Below are positions 30,101-60,172 of a stretch of 64,000 nt of DNA, piece after piece. This DNA is from the human T2T-CHM13v2.0 reference genome, Homo sapiens. The stretch lies in assembly GCF_009914755.1 (NCBI RefSeq), contig NC_060927.1. One strand, written 5' to 3'. Every line of letters begins with the position of its first letter. The stretch's first letter is position 1. A program made the position numbers and the translations under genes. The notes beneath the pieces are model-generated. The model was not told where the DNA came from. It ran no database searches and worked only from the letters and a program-made list of their open reading frames with translations.

Positions 30101-32621
30101 TTGAAGATTGTACGAAAAGAGTGTTTCAAAACTACTCTATGAAAGGGTATCTTCAAATCTGTGAGTTGAATGCAAACATCACAAAGAAGTTTTGGAGAAT
30201 ACTTTGTGTGGTTTTTAAGTGTAGATATTTCCTTTTCCACCATAAGCCTCAAAACTCTCCAAATGTCCTCTTGCAGATTCTACAAAAAGAGTGTTTCAAA
30301 ACTGCTCCATCAAAAGAAAGGTTCATCTCTGTGAGTTGAATGAACATATTACAAAGAAGCTTCTGAGAAAGTTTCTGTCTGGTTTTTATGTGAAGATATT
30401 CCCTTTTCCAACGAAGGCTATAAAGCAGTCCAAATATCCACTTGTAGATTGTATGAAAAGAGTGTTTAAAAACTGCTCTATGAAAAGGTATCTTCAAATC
30501 TGTGAGTTGAATTCAAACATCACATAGAAGTTTCTGGGAATGCTTCTGTCTAGTTTTTATGTGAAGGTATTCCCTTTTCCAATGAAGGCCTCAAAGCAGT
30601 CCAAATATCCACTTGCAGATTCTATGAAAACACTGTTTCAAAACTGCTCTATGAAAAGATGTCTTCAGCTCTGTGAGTTGAATGCATACATCACAAAGAA
30701 GTTTCTGAGAATACTTCTGTCTAGTTTTTATACGAAGATATTTCAATTTCCACCATAGACCACAAAGGTCTCCAAATGTCCATTTGCAGATTCTACAAAA
30801 AGAGTGTTTCAAAACAGCTCTATCAAAAGCAAGGTTCAACTCCGTGAGTTGAATGCACACATCACAAATAAGTTTCTGAGAATGCTTCCATATAGTTTTT
30901 ATGTGAAGATATTCCCATTTCCAACGAAGGCCTCAAAACAGTCCTAATATCCACTTGCACATTCTAGAAAAGAGTGTTTCAAAACTGCTCTATGAAAAGG
31001 TACGTTCAACTCTGTGAGTTGAATGCAAACATCATACGAAGTTTCTGAGAATGCTTCTGTCTAGTTTTTATGTGTAGATATTTCCTTTTCCAGCACAGGC
31101 CTCAAAGCTCTCAAAATGTTCACTTGCAGATTCTACAAAAGAGTGTTTCAAAACTGCTTTATAAAAGAAAGGATCAACCCTGTGAGTTGAATGCACCCAT
31201 CACAAAGAAGTTTCTGAGAATGCTTCTGAATAGTTTTTATGTGAAGATATTCCCGTTTCCAACGAAGGCCTCAAAGCAGTCCATATATCCACTTGCATAT
31301 CCTACGAAAAGAGTCTTTCAAGACTGCTCTATGAAAAGGTATCTTCAACTCTGTGAGTTGAATGCAAACATCACAAAGAAGTTTCTGAGAATGCTTCTGT
31401 TTAGTTTTTATGTGAAGATATTTCATTTTCCACCATAGGCCTCAATGCTCTACAAATGTCCACTTGCAGATTCTACAAAAAGAGTGTTTCCAAACTGCTC
31501 TATCAAAAGAAAGGTTCAACTCTGTGAGTTGAATGCACACATCACAAAGACGTTTATGAGAATGCTTCTGTCTAGTTTTTATGTGAAAATATTCCTGTTT
31601 ACAACGAAGGCTTCAAAGCAGTCCAAATATCCACTTGCAGATATGCAAAAGAGTGTTTGAAAACTGCTCTATGAAAACATATCTTCAGCTCTGTGAGTTG
31701 AATGCAAACATCAGAAAGAAGTTTCTGAGAATGCTTCTGTGTGGTTTTTATGTGTAGATATTTCCTTTTCCACCATAGGCCTCAAAACTCTCCAAATGTC
31801 CACTTGCGGATTCTACAAAAAGACTGTTTCAGAACTGCTCTATCAAAAGAAAGGTTCAAATCTCTGAGTTGAATGCACATATCACAAAAAAGTTTCTGAG
31901 AATGTTTCTATCTGGTTTTTATATGAAGATATTCCCGTTTCCAAAGAAGGCCACAAAACAGATCAAATATTCACTTGCAGATGGTATGAAAAGAGTGTTT
32001 CAAAACTGCTCTATGAAAAGTTATCTTCAAATCTGTGAGTTGAATTCAAACATCACATAGATGTTTCTGGGAATGCTTCTGTCTAGTTTTTATGTGACGA
32101 TATTCCTGTTTCCATCAAAGGCCTCAAAGCAGTCCAAATATACACTTGCAGATAATACGTAAAGAGTGTTTCGGAACTGCTCTTTGAAAAGATATTTTTC
32201 ATAGAGAAACATCACAAAGAAGTTTCCGAGAATGCTTCTGTCTAGTTCTTATGTGAAGATTTTGCCGTTTCCAACCAAGGCCTCAAATCTGTCCAAATAT
32301 CCACTTGCAGATTGTACGAAAAGAGTGTTTCAAATCTGTTCTCTGAAAAGGTATCTTCAAGTCTGTGAGTTGAATGCAAACATCAGAAACAAGTTTCTGA
32401 TAATGCTTCTGTGTGGTTTTTATGTGTAGATATTTCCTTTTCCACCATAGGCCTCAAAGCTCTCCAAATGTCCACTTGCAGATTCTACAAAAAGAGTGTT
32501 TCGAAACTGCTCTATCAAAAGAAAGGTTCAAATCTGCAAATTGAATGCACATATCACAAAGCAGTTTCTGAGAAAGTTTCTCTCTGGTTTTTATGTGAAG
32601 ATATTCCCGTTTCCAACGAAG
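26510..32621 (-). promoter_or_regulatory. Cluster of perfect 17-bp CENP-B boxes
   Basis: tcccgtttccaacgaag (reverse complement CTTCGTTGGAAACGGGA) starting at 26510, 27023, 27365, 29069, 30059, 31251, 32605. Confidence 0.9.
29314..29341. other. Perfect 12-bp inverted repeat replacing part of an alpha monomer
   Basis: ctctatgaaaag-atac-cttttcatagag; related copies at 32180-32206 and 32852-32877. Confidence 0.9.
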
Positions 32622-35600
32622 GCCACAAAGCAGTCCAAATATCCACTTGTAGATTGTATGAAAAGAGCGTTTCAAAACTGCTCTATGCAAAGGTATCTTC
32701 AAATCTGTGAGTTGAATTCAAATATCAGAAACAAGTTTCTGAGAATGCTTCTGTCTAGTTTTTATGTGAAGATATTCCCGTTTCCATCGAAGCCTCAAAA
32801 CAGTCCAAATATCCACTTGCAGATTCTACGAAAAGAGTGTTCCAAAACTGTTCTATGAAAAGATACCTTTTCATAGAGAAACATCACAAAGAATTTCTGA
32901 GAATGCTTCTGTCTAGTTTTTATGTGAAGATATTTCCTTTTCCACCATAGGCCTCAAAGCTCTCCAAATGTCCACTTGCAGATTCTACAAAAAGAGTGTG
33001 TTAAAACTGATCTATAAAAAGACAGGTTATACTCTGTGAGTTGAATGCAAACATCACAAAGAAATTTCTGAAAGTGCTTCTGTCTGGTTTTTATGTGAAG
33101 ATATTTCCTTTCCCATTTAAGCCTCAAAGCTCTCCAACTGTCCACTTGCAGATTCTACAAAAAGAGTGTTTCAAAACTGCTCTATCAAAAGAATAGTTCA
33201 AATCTGTGAGTTGAATGCACACACCACGAAGATGTTTCTGAGAATGTTTCTGTCTAGTTTTTATGTGAAGATGATATACCCGTTTCTAACGAAGGCCTCA
33301 CATCAGTCCAAATATCCACTTGCAGATTCTACCAAAACAATGTTTCAAAACTGCTATATGAAAAGGTACATTCAACTCTGTGAATTGAATGCAAACATCA
33401 CAAAGCAGTTTCTGAGAATGCTTCTGTCTAGTTTTTATGTGAAGATATTTCCTTTTCCACCTTAGGCCTCAAAGCCCTCCAAATGTCCACCTGCACAATC
33501 TACAAAACCAGTGTTTCAAAACTGCTCTATAAAAAGCAAGGTTCAACCCTGTGGATTGAATGGACATATCAAAAGAAGTTTCTGAGAATGCTTCTGTCTA
33601 GTTTTTATGTGAAGGTATTCCCTTTTGCAACGGTGGCCTCAAAGCAGTCCAAATACTCTACGAAAAGAGTGTTTCAAAACTGCTCTATGAAAAGTTATGT
33701 TCAACTGTGTGAGTTGAATGAAAACATTACAAAGAAGTTTCTGAGAATGCTTCTGTCTAGTTTTTATCTGAAGATATTTCCTTTTCCACCATAAGCTTCA
33801 AAGCTCTCCAAATGTCCAGTTGCAGATACTACAAAAAGAGTGTTTCAAAACTGCTCTATCAAAAGAAAGATTCAACTCTGTGAATTGATTGCACACGTCT
33901 TCAAGATGTTTCTGAGAATGCTTCTGTCTAGTTTTTATGTGAAGATACTCCCATTTACAACGAATTCCTCAAAGCCGTCCAAATATTCACTTGCAGATTC
34001 TATGAAAAGAGTGTTTCAAAACTGCTCTGTGAAAAGGTATCCTCAACGCTGTGAGTTGAATGCAAACAAACATCACAATGGAGTTTCTCTGAATGCTTCT
34101 GTCTAGTTTTTATGCGAAGATATTTCCTTTTCCACCATAGGCCTCAAAGCTCTCCAAATGTCTGCCTGCAGATTCTACAAAAAGAGTGTTTCAAAACTGC
34201 TATATCAAAAGAAAGGTTGAACTCTGTGAGTTGAATGCACACAACAAAAAGTAGTTTGAGAGAATGCTTCTGTCTAGTTTTTATGTGAAGATATTCCCTT
34301 TTCCAACGAAGGCCTCAAAGCAATCCAAATATCCACTTGCAAATCCTACCAAAAGAGTGTTTCTAAATGCTCTATGAAAAAGTATGTTCAACTCTGTGAG
34401 TTGAATGCCTACATCACAAAGAAGTTTCTGAGAATGCTTCTCACTAATTTTTATGTGAAGATATTTCCTTTTCCACCAAAGGCCTCAAAGCTTTCCAAAT
34501 GTCCACTTGCAGATTCCCCACAAAGAGTATTTCAAAACTGCTCTGCCAAAAGATAAGTTCAACTCTGTGAGTTGAGTGCACACATCACAAATAAGTTTGT
34601 GAGAATTCTTCTGTCTAGCTTTTATGTGAAGATATTCCCCTTTCCAACGAAGGCCTCAAAGTTGTCAAAATACCCACTTGAAGATCCTACGAATAGAGTG
34701 TTTCAAAACTGCCCTATGAAAATGTGTCTTCAAATCTGTGAGTTGAATGCAAACATCACAAAGATGTTTCTGAGAATGATTCTGTCTAGTTTTTATGTGA
34801 AGTTATTTCCTTTTCCACCATAGGCCTCAAAGCGCTCCAAATATCCACTTGCAGATTCTACAGAAAGAGTGTTTGAAAACTGCTCAATCAAGGGAAAGTT
34901 TCAACTCTGTGAGTTGAAAGCACACAACACAAAGAGGTTTCTGAGAATGCTCCTGTCTAGTTTTGATGTGAGGACATTTCTTTTTCTGCTGTACGATGCA
35001 AAGGGCTTCAAATATCCACTTGTAGATTCCACAAAAAGAGTATTTCAAAACTACTCTATCAAAAGAAAGTTTCAACTTTGTGAGATGAATGCACAGAACA
35101 CAAAGAAGTTTCTGAGAATATTTCTGTCTAGTTTTTATGTGAAGATATTTCCTTTTCCACCATAGGCCTCAAAGTTCTCCAAATATCGACTTGAAGATTC
35201 TACAAAGAGAGTGTTTCTAAACTCCTCAATTAAAGGAAAGGTTCAACTCTGTGAGTTGAATGCACACAACACAAAGAAGTTTCTAAGAATGCTTTTGTGT
35301 AGTTTTTACGTGAGGACATTTCCTTTTCCACCGTAGGCTTCAAAGCACTGCAAATATCCACTTGCTTATTCTACAAAAGAGTGTTTCAAAACTGCTCTAT
35401 TAAAAGAAAGGATCAACTCTGTGACTTGAATGCACACTTCACTAAGTAGTTTCTGAGAATTTTTCTGCTAGATTTTATATGATGATATTTCCTTTTCCAC
35501 CATAGGCCTCAAATCGCTCCAAATATCCACTTGCAGGTTCTACAAAAAGAGGGTTTCAAAACTGCTCTATCAAAAGAAATGTTCACCTCAGTGAGTTGAA

Positions 35601-38600
35601 TGCACCCAACACAAAGAAGGTTCTGAGAATGCTTCTGTCTAGTTTTTATGTGAAGATATTTCCTTTAACACCATAATCCTCAAAGTGCTCCAAATATACA
35701 CTTGCGGATTCTAGGAAAAGAGTGTTTCAAAACTGCTCTATCAAAAGGAATGTTCAACTCTGTGAGTGGAATGCAAACATCACAAAGGAGTTTCTGAGAA
35801 TGGCTCTGTCTAGATTTTATATGACGATATTTGCTTTTTTATGATAGACCTTAATGCGGTCAAATTATCCACTTGCAGTTTCTACACAGAGTCTTTCAAA
35901 ATTGCTCTGTCAAAATGAAAGTTCAACTCTGTGAGTTGAATACACACATCAAAAACTTTCTGAGAATTTTTCTGTCTAGTTTTTATGTGAAGGTATTCCC
36001 GTTTCCACAGAAGGCCTCAAAGGCGTTCAAATATCCACTTGCAGGTCCTACAAAAAGAGTGTTTCAAAACTGCTATATGAAAAGAAATGTTCAAATCTAT
36101 GAGTTGAAGACAAACATCTCAAAGAAGTTTTTGGTAATACCTCTGCGTAGTTTCAATGTGAAGATATTTACTTTTTTACCATAGGCATCAAAGCGCTCCA
36201 AATGTCCACTTGCAGATTCAACAAATAGAGTGTTTCAAAGTTGCTCTATCAAAAGAAAGGTTCAACTCTGTGAGTTGAACACAAACATCACAAAGTAGTT
36301 TCTGAGAATGCTTCTGTCTAGTTTTTATATGAAGATATTTCCATTTCTACAGTAGGTCCCAAAGAGCTCCAAATATCCACTTGCAGATTCTACAAAAACA
36401 GAGTTTTAAAATTGTTATATCAAAAGGAAGGTTCAACTCTCTGAGCTGAATGCACATATCACAAAGAAGTTTCTGAGAGTGCTTCTGTCTAGTTTTTATG
36501 TGAAGATATTCCGGTTTCCACAGAAGGCTTCAAGTAACTCAAAGTATCCACTTGCAGATTCTACAAAAAGAGTGTTTCAAAACTGCTCTGTCAAAACAAA
36601 GTTTCAACTCTGTAAGTTGAATGCACACATCATAAAGAAGTTTCTGAGAATTCTTCTGTCTACTTTTTATATGAAGACACTTCTTTTCCACCATAGGCCT
36701 CAAAGCGCTCCAAATATTCACTTGCAAATCGTACAAATAGACTGTTTCAAAACTTCTCTATCTAAAGGAAGGTTCAACTCTGTGAGTTGAATGCACACAT
36801 CACAAAGAAGTTTCTGAGAATGCTTCTGTCTAGTTTTTATGTGAAGATATTCTCGTTTACACCATAAGCCTCAAAACGGTTGAAATATCCACTTGCAGAT
36901 TCTACAAAAAGAGTGTTTCAAAACTGCTCTATGAAAAGGAAAGTTCAACTCTGTGAGTTGAATACAAACATCACAAAGTAGTTCCTTAGGATGCTTCTGT
37001 CTAGTTTTTATGTAAAGATATTTCCTTTTTCACCACTGACATCAAAGTGCTCAAAATGTCCACTTACAGATTCTACAAAAACAATGTTTAAAAACTGCTC
37101 TATCAAAAGAAAGGTTGCATTCTGTGAGTTGAATGCACACAGCTCAAAGTAGTTTCCTGGATTACTTCTGTCTAGCTTTTCTATGAAGATATTTCCTTTT
37201 CTACCATAGACCTCAAAACGCTCCAAATATCCACTTACAGATTCTACAAAAAGAGTGTTTCAAAACTGCTCTATGAAAAGCAAGGTTCAACTCTGTGAGT
37301 TGAATGCAAACATCACAAAGTAGTTTCTAAGAATTCCTCTCTCTAGTTTTTATATGATGATATTTCCTTTTCTCCCATAGGCCTCAATGAGCTCCAATTA
37401 TCCACTTGCAGATTCTACAAAAAGAGTGTTTCAAAAACTGATCTACCAAAAGTAATGTTCAACTCTGTGAATTGAATGCACACATCACAAACGACTTTCT
37501 AAGGATGCTTCTGTCTACTTCTTATGTGAAGATATTCCCGTTTCCAACGCAGACCTCAAAGCTCTCCAAATGTCCCCTTGCAGATTCTACAGAAAGTGTG
37601 TTTCAAAACTACTCTATCAAAGGAAGGTTCAACTCTGTGAGTTGAATGTGCACATCACAAAGAACTTTCTGAGAATGCTTCTCTCTAGTTTTTGTGTGAA
37701 GATATTCCTGTTTCCACCGCAGGCCACAAAGATCTCCAGATATCCACTTGCAGATTCCACAGAAAGACTGTTCCAAAACTACTCTATCAAAAGGAAGGTT
37801 CAGCTCTCTAATTTGAATGCACAAGTCACAAAGAAGATTTTGAGAATGCTTCTGTCTAGTTTTCTTGTGACGATATTCCCTTTTTCCACCGAAGGCCCCA
37901 AAGCACTACAAATATCCACTTGCGTTCCTACAAAAACAGTGTTTCAGAACTTCTCTATCTAAAGGAAGTTTCAACTCTCTGAGTTGAAAGCACACATCAC
38001 AAAGAAGTTTCTGCGAATGTTTCTGTCTAATTTTTATGTGAAGATATTCCCGTTTCCACCAAAGGCCTGAAATCTGTCCAAATATCCACCTGCAGATTCT
38101 ACAAAAACACTGTTTGAAAACTCCTCTATGAAAAGGAATGTTCAACTCTTCGAGTTGAATGCAAACATCACAAAGAAGTTTCTGAGAATGCTTCTGTCCA
38201 CTCTTTATGGGAAGATACTTCATTTTCCACCATAGGAATCAACGAGCTCCAAATGTCCACTTGCAGATTCTACAAAACGACTGTTTCAAAACTGCTCAAT
38301 CAAAAGAAAGGTTGAATACTGTGAGATGAGTGCACACATCACAAAGTAGTTTCTGAGAATGCTTCTGTATAGTTTTTATGTGAAGATATTTCCTTTCGTA
38401 CCATAGGCCTCAAAGCGCTAGAAATATCCACTTGCAGATTCTACAAAAAGAGTGTTTCAAAACTGCTCTATCAAAAGGAAGGTTCAACTCTCTGAGTTGA
38501 ATGCACACATCAAAGAAGTTTCAGAGAATGCTTCTGTCTACTTTTTGTGTGAAGACATTCCCGTTTCCACCATAGGCATCAAAGAGCTCCAAATATCCAC

Positions 38601-39949
38601 TTGCAGATCCTACAAAAAGCGTTTTTCAAAACTGCTCTATAAAAAGAAAAGTTTAACCCTGTTAGTTGAATGCATACATCACAAAGAAGTTTCTGAGAAT
38701 GATTCTTTCTACTAGTTATGTGAAGATACACCCTTTTCCACCACAGGACTAAAAGCGCTCCAGATATCTACTTGCAGATTCTACAAAAAGAGTGTTTCAA
38801 AACTGCTCTATGAAAGGGAAGGTTCAACTCTGTGAGTTGAATGCACACATCACAAAGAAGTTTCTCAGAGTGCTTCTATCTAGTTTTTAATGTGAAGATA
38901 TTGCCGTTTCCACCAAAGGCCTCAAAGCCGTCCAAATATACACTTGCAGATTCTACAAAAAGAGTGTTTCAAAACTGCTCCATCAAAAGGAAGTTTCAAC
39001 TCTGTGAGTTGAATGCACACATCACAAAGTGGTTTGTGAGAATGGTTCTGTCTAGTTTTTATATGAAGATATCACCTTTTCTACCATAGGCCTCAAAGCG
39101 CTCCACATTTCCTCTTGCAAACTCTACAAAAAGAGTATTTCAAAACTGCTCTATCGAAAGAAAGTTTCAACTCTGTGAGTTGAATGCACACATCACAAAG
39201 AAGTTTCTGAGAATGCCGCTGTCTAGTTTACAGGTGAAGATATTCCTGTTTCCACAGAACGCCTCAAAGCTGTCCAAATGTCTACTTGCAGATTCTACAA
39301 AAAGAGGGTATCAAAACTGCTCTATCAAAAGATAGGTTCAACTTTGTGAGTTGAATGCACACATCTCAAAGAAGTTTCTGAGAATGTTTCTGTCCAGTGT
39401 TTAAGTGAAGATATTTCCTTTTCCAGCACAGGCCTCAAAGCCCTCCAAATGTACACTTGCAGTTTCTACAAAAATACTGTTTCAAAACTGCTCTATGAAA
39501 AGGAAAATTCAACTCTGTCAGTTGAATGCACACATCACAAAGAAGTTTCTGAGAATGCTTCTGTCTAGTTTTTATATAAAGATATTTGCTTTTCTACCAT
39601 AGGCGTCAAATCACTACAAATATCCACTTGCAGATTCTACAAAAAGAGTGTTTCAAAACTGCTCTATCAAAAGGAAAGTTCAACTCTGTGAGTTGAATGC
39701 ACACATCACACACAAGTTTCTGAGAAAGTTTCTCTCTAGTTTCTGTGTGAAGATATTTCCATTTCCACCACAGGCCTTAAAGCCCTCCAAATGTCCACTT
39801 GCAGATTCTTCACAACGAGTGTCTCAAAACTGCTCTATCAAAGAAAGGTTCGAGCCTGTTAGTTGAATGCACAGATCACAAAGAAGTTCCTGAGAATCCC
39901 TCTGTCTAGTTTTTATGTGAAGATATTTCCTTTTCCACCACAGGCCTCA

Positions 39950-51602
<11,653 letters not shown>

Positions 51603-51815
51603 TTTTTTTGTATTTTACTTTAAGTTTTAGGGTATATGTGCACAATGTGCAGGTTAGTTACATATGTATACATTTGCCATGCTGGTGCGCTGCACCCAGT
51701 AACTGGTCATCTAGCATTAGGTATATCTCACAATGCTATCCCTACCCCTACCTCCACCCCACAACAGGCCCCAGAGTGTGATGTTCCCCTTCCTGTATCC
51801 ATTTGTTCTCAATGT

Positions 51816-55641
<3,826 letters not shown>

Positions 55642-55704
55642 TATGATGTTAGCTGGTTATTTTGCTCGTTAGTTGATGCAGTTTCTTCCTAGTCTCGATG
55701 GTCT

Positions 55705-56721
55705 TTACATTTTGGCATGATTTTGCAGTGGCTGGTACCGGTTGTTCCTTTCCATGTTTAGCACTTCCTTCAGGAACTCTTTTAGGGCAGGCCTGGTGGT
55801 GACAAAATCTCTCAGCATTTGCTTGTCTGTAAAGTATTTTATTTCTCCTTCACTTATGAAGCTTAGTTTGGCTGAATATTAAATTCTCGGTTGGAAATTC
55901 TTTTCTTTAAGAATGTTGAATATTGGCCCCCACTCTCTTCTGGCTTGTAGAGTTTCTGCTGAGAGATCCACTGTTAGTCTGATGGGCTTCCCTTTGAGAG
56001 TAACCCGACCTTTCTCTCTGGCTGCCCTTAACATTTTTTCCTTCATTTCATCTTTGGTGAATCTGACAATTATGTGTCTTGGAGTTGCTCTTCTCGAGGA
56101 GTATCTTTGTGGCATTCTCTGTATTTCCTGAATCTGAATGTTGGCTTGCCTTGCTAGATTGGGGAAGTTCTCCTGGGTAATATCCTGCAGAGAGTTTTCC
56201 AACTTGGTTCCATTCTCCCCATCACTTTCAGGTACACCAATCAGACGTAGATTTGGTCTTTTCACATAGTCCCATATTTCTTGGAGGCTTTGCTCGTTTC
56301 TTTGTATGCTTTTTTCTCTGAACTTGCCTTCTCGCTTCATTTCATTCATTTCACCTTCCATCGCTGATACCCTTTCTTCCAGTTCATCGCATTGGCTCCT
56401 GAGGCTTCTGCATTGTTCATGTAGTTCTCGAGCCTTGGTTTTCAGCTCCATCAGCTCCTTTAAGCACTTCTCTGTATTGCTTATTCTAGTTATACATTCT
56501 TCTAATTTTTTTTCAAAGTTTTCAACTTCTTTGCCTTTGGTTTGAATGTCCTCCCATAGCATGGAGTAATTTGATCGTCTGAAGCCTTCTTCTCTCAGCT
56601 CGTCAAAATCATTCTCCATCCAGCCTTGTTCCGTTGCTGGTGAGGAACTGCGTTCCTTTGGAGGAGGTGAGGCACTCTGCTTTTTACAGTTTCCAGTTTT
56701 TCTGCCCTGTCTTTTCCCCAT
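55705..56721 (-). pseudogene. L1 ORF1, full 1017-nt length with premature stop after codon 280
   Basis: ORF 55879-56721 MGKRQGRKTGN...NFQPRI*; native stop at 55705-55707. Confidence 0.92.
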
Positions 56722-57625
56722 CTTTGTGGCTTTATATACTTTGGGTCTTTGATGTTGGTGATGTTCAGATGGGTTTTTGGTGTGGATGTCCTTTCTGTTT
56801 GTTAGTTTTCCTTCTAACAGACGGGATCCTCAGCTGCAGGTCTGTTGGAGTACGCGGCCATGTGAGGTGTTGGTCTGTCCCTGCTGGGGGGTGCCTCCCA
56901 GTTTGGCTGCTCGGGGGCCAGGGGTCAGGGACCCAATTGAGGAGGCAGTCTGCCCGTTCTCAGATCTCCAGCTGCATGCTGGGAGAACAACTGCTCTCTT
57001 CAAATCTGTCAGAGAAGAGCATTTAAGTCTGCAGAGGCTACTGCTGTCTTTTTGTTTGTCTGTGCCCTGCCCTCAGAGGTGGAGCCTACAGAGGCTGGCA
57101 GGCCTCCTTGAGCTGTGGTGGGCTCCACCCAGTTCGAGATTCCCAGCTGCTTTTTTTACCTAAACAAACCTGGGCAATGGCAGGCGCCCCTGTCCCCGCC
57201 TTGCTGATGCCTTGCAGTTTGATCTCAGACTGCTGTGCTAGCAATCAGTGAGACTCCATGGGCGTAGGACCCTCCGAGCCAGGTGCAGGATATAATCTCC
57301 TGGTGCACCGTTTTTTAAGCCCATCAGAAATGTACAGTATTCGGGCAGGAGTGACCCGATTTTCCAGGTGCCATCTGTCATGCCTTTCTTTGACTAGGAA
57401 AGGGAACTCCCTGACTCCTTGCATTTCCCGAGCGAGGCAATGCCTCACCCTGCTTCGTGTCACGCACAGTGCATGCACCAACTGACCTGCTCCCACTGTC
57501 TGGCACTCCCTAGTGAGATGAACCCAGTACCTCAGATGGAAATGCTGAAATCACCCATCTTCTGCATCGCTCACGCTGGGAGCTGTACACCAGAGCTCTT
57601 CCTATTCGGCCTTCTTGGATCCTCC
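56722..57625 (-). promoter_or_regulatory. L1 5'UTR with mutated YY1 core
   Basis: cggccttcttggatcctcc in place of cggccatcttggctcctcc. Confidence 0.82.
57177..57251 (+). pseudogene. L1 ORF0 remnant, CGA>TGA stop at codon 25
   Basis: MAGAPVPALLMPCSLISDCCASNQ*; the in-frame remainder appears as ORF 57258. Confidence 0.78.
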
Positions 57626-60172
57626 AGATATTTCCTTTTCTACTGTAGGCCTCAAAGTGCTCCAAATGTCCAATTGCAGATACTTCAAAAAGAGTGGTTC
57701 AAAACTGCTCTATCAAAAGGAAGGTTCAACTCTGTGAGTTGAATGCACACATTGCAGAGTAGTATCTGAGAATACTTCTGTCTAGTTTCTATGTGAAGAT
57801 ATTACCTTTTCTACCACATGCTTCAGAGCCCTCCAAATGTCCACTTGCACATCCTACAAAAAGAGTGTTTCAATACTGCTTTATCAAAAGCAAGGTTCAA
57901 CTCTGTGAGTTGAATGCACACATCACAAAGAAGTTTCTGAGAATGCTTCTGTCTAGTTATTTGAAGACATTCCCTTTTCCAATGAATTCCTCAAAGGGGT
58001 CCAAATATCTGTTTGCAGATTCTACAAAAAGAGTGTTTCAAAACTGCCCTATCAAAAGGAAGGCTCAACTCTGTGAGTTGAATGCACCCATCACAAGGAG
58101 TTTTCTGACAATGCTTCTGTCTAGTCTCTATGTGAAGATATTTCCTTTCCCAACACAGGCCTCAAAGCCCTCCAAATGTCCACTTGCAGATTCTACAAAA
58201 AGAGTGTTTCAAAACTATTTTATCAAAAGGAAGTTTCAACTCTCTGAGTTGAATGCACACATCATGAAGAAGTTTCTGAGAATGTTTCTGTCTAGTTTTC
58301 ACTTGAAGATATTTCCTTTTCTATCATAGGCATCAAAGACCTTCAATTGTCCACTTGGAGATTCTACAAAAAGAGGGCGTAAAAACTGTTGTATCAAAAG
58401 AAATGTTCAACTCTGTGAGTTGAGAGCACACATAACAACGGTGTTTTTGAAAATGCTGCTGTCTAGTTTTTATGAGAGAATATACCAGTTTCCAAAGAAG
58501 GCCTCAAAGTGGTCCAATTATCCAGTTGCAGATTCTCCAAAAAGAGTGTTTAAAAACTGATGTGTCAAAAAAAGGGTTCACCTCTGTGAGTTGAATGTAC
58601 ACATCACAAAGTACTTTCTGAGAATTCTTCTATCCAGTTTTTATGTGAAGATATTTGTTTTCCACATTAGGCCTCAAAGTGCTGCAAATATCCACTTGCA
58701 GACTCTAAAAAAGGAATGTTTCAAAACTGCTCTATAAAAAGGAAGGCTCAACTCTGTGAGTTGAATGCACACATCACAAAGAAGTTTCTGAGAATGCTTC
58801 TTTCTAGTTTCTATGTGAAGATATTTCCGTTTCCACCACAGGCCTCAAAGCTGTCCAAATATCCACTTGCAGATGTTACAAAAAGAGTGTTTCAAAAATG
58901 CTCTATCAAAAAGAATGTTCAATTCTGTGAGTTGAATGCACAGATCACAAAGAAGTTTCTGATAATGCTTCTGTCTAGTTTTTATTTGAAGATATTCCAG
59001 TTTCCAACGAATGCCTCAAAACGGTCCAAATATGCACTTGCAGATTCTACAAAAAGAGTGTTTCAAAACTGCTCTATCAAAAGGAAGGTTCAACTCTCTG
59101 AGTTGAATGCACACATCACAAAGTAGTTTCTGAGAATGCTTCTGTCTAGTCTCTATGTGAAGATATTACCTTTTCAACCACAGGCCTCAAAGCACTCCAA
59201 ATATGCACTTACAGATTCCACAAAAAGAGGGTTTGAAAACTGCTCTATCAAAAGTAATGTTCAACACTGTGAGTTGAATACACATCACAGAGAATATTCT
59301 GAAAATGCTTCTGTCTAGTTTTTATGTGAGAATATTCCTGTATCCATCAAAGGCCTCAAAGCGGTCCAACTTTCCACTTGCAGATTCTCCAAAAAGAGTG
59401 TTTCAAAACTGCACTATTAAAAAAAACGTTCACCTCTGTGAGTTGAATGCACACACCTCAAAGTAGTTTCTGAGAATGCTTCTGTCTAGTCTCTATGTGA
59501 AGATATTTCGTTTTCCACCATGGGCCTTAACGCCCTCCAAATATCTACTTGCAGATTGTACAAAAAGAGTGTTTCAAAACTGGGCTATCAAAAAGAAGGT
59601 TCAACTCTGTGTGTTGAATGTGCACATCACAAAGAAGTTTCTGAGAATGCTCCTGTCTAGTTTTTATTTGAAGATATTTCCTTTTCTACCATAGGCCTCA
59701 AAGCGTTCCAAATGTCCAACTGGAGGTTCTGCAAAAAGAGTGTTTCATACTTCTCTATCAACAGTAATGTTCAGCTCTGTGAGTTGAATGCACACATCAC
59801 AAAGAATTTTCTGAAAATGCTTCTGTCTAGCTTTTATGTGAGAATACTCCCGTTTTCAACGAAGGCCTCAAAGCGATGAAAATGTCGAATGCAGATTCTG
59901 GAACAAGAGTGTTTCAAAACTGCTCTATCAAAAGAAGGTTTCACCTCCCTGAGTTGAATGTGCACATCACAAAGTAGTTTCTGAGAATGGTTCTGTCTAC
60001 TTTTTATGTGAAGATGTATGCTTTTCTACCATAGTCCTCAAAACACTCGAAATATCGACTTGCAGATTCTACAAAAAGAGTGTTTCAAAAGTGCTCTATG
60101 GAAAGTAGGGTTCAACTCTGTGAGTTGAATGCACACAACACAAAGAAGTTTCTGAGGATGCTTCTGTCTAAT

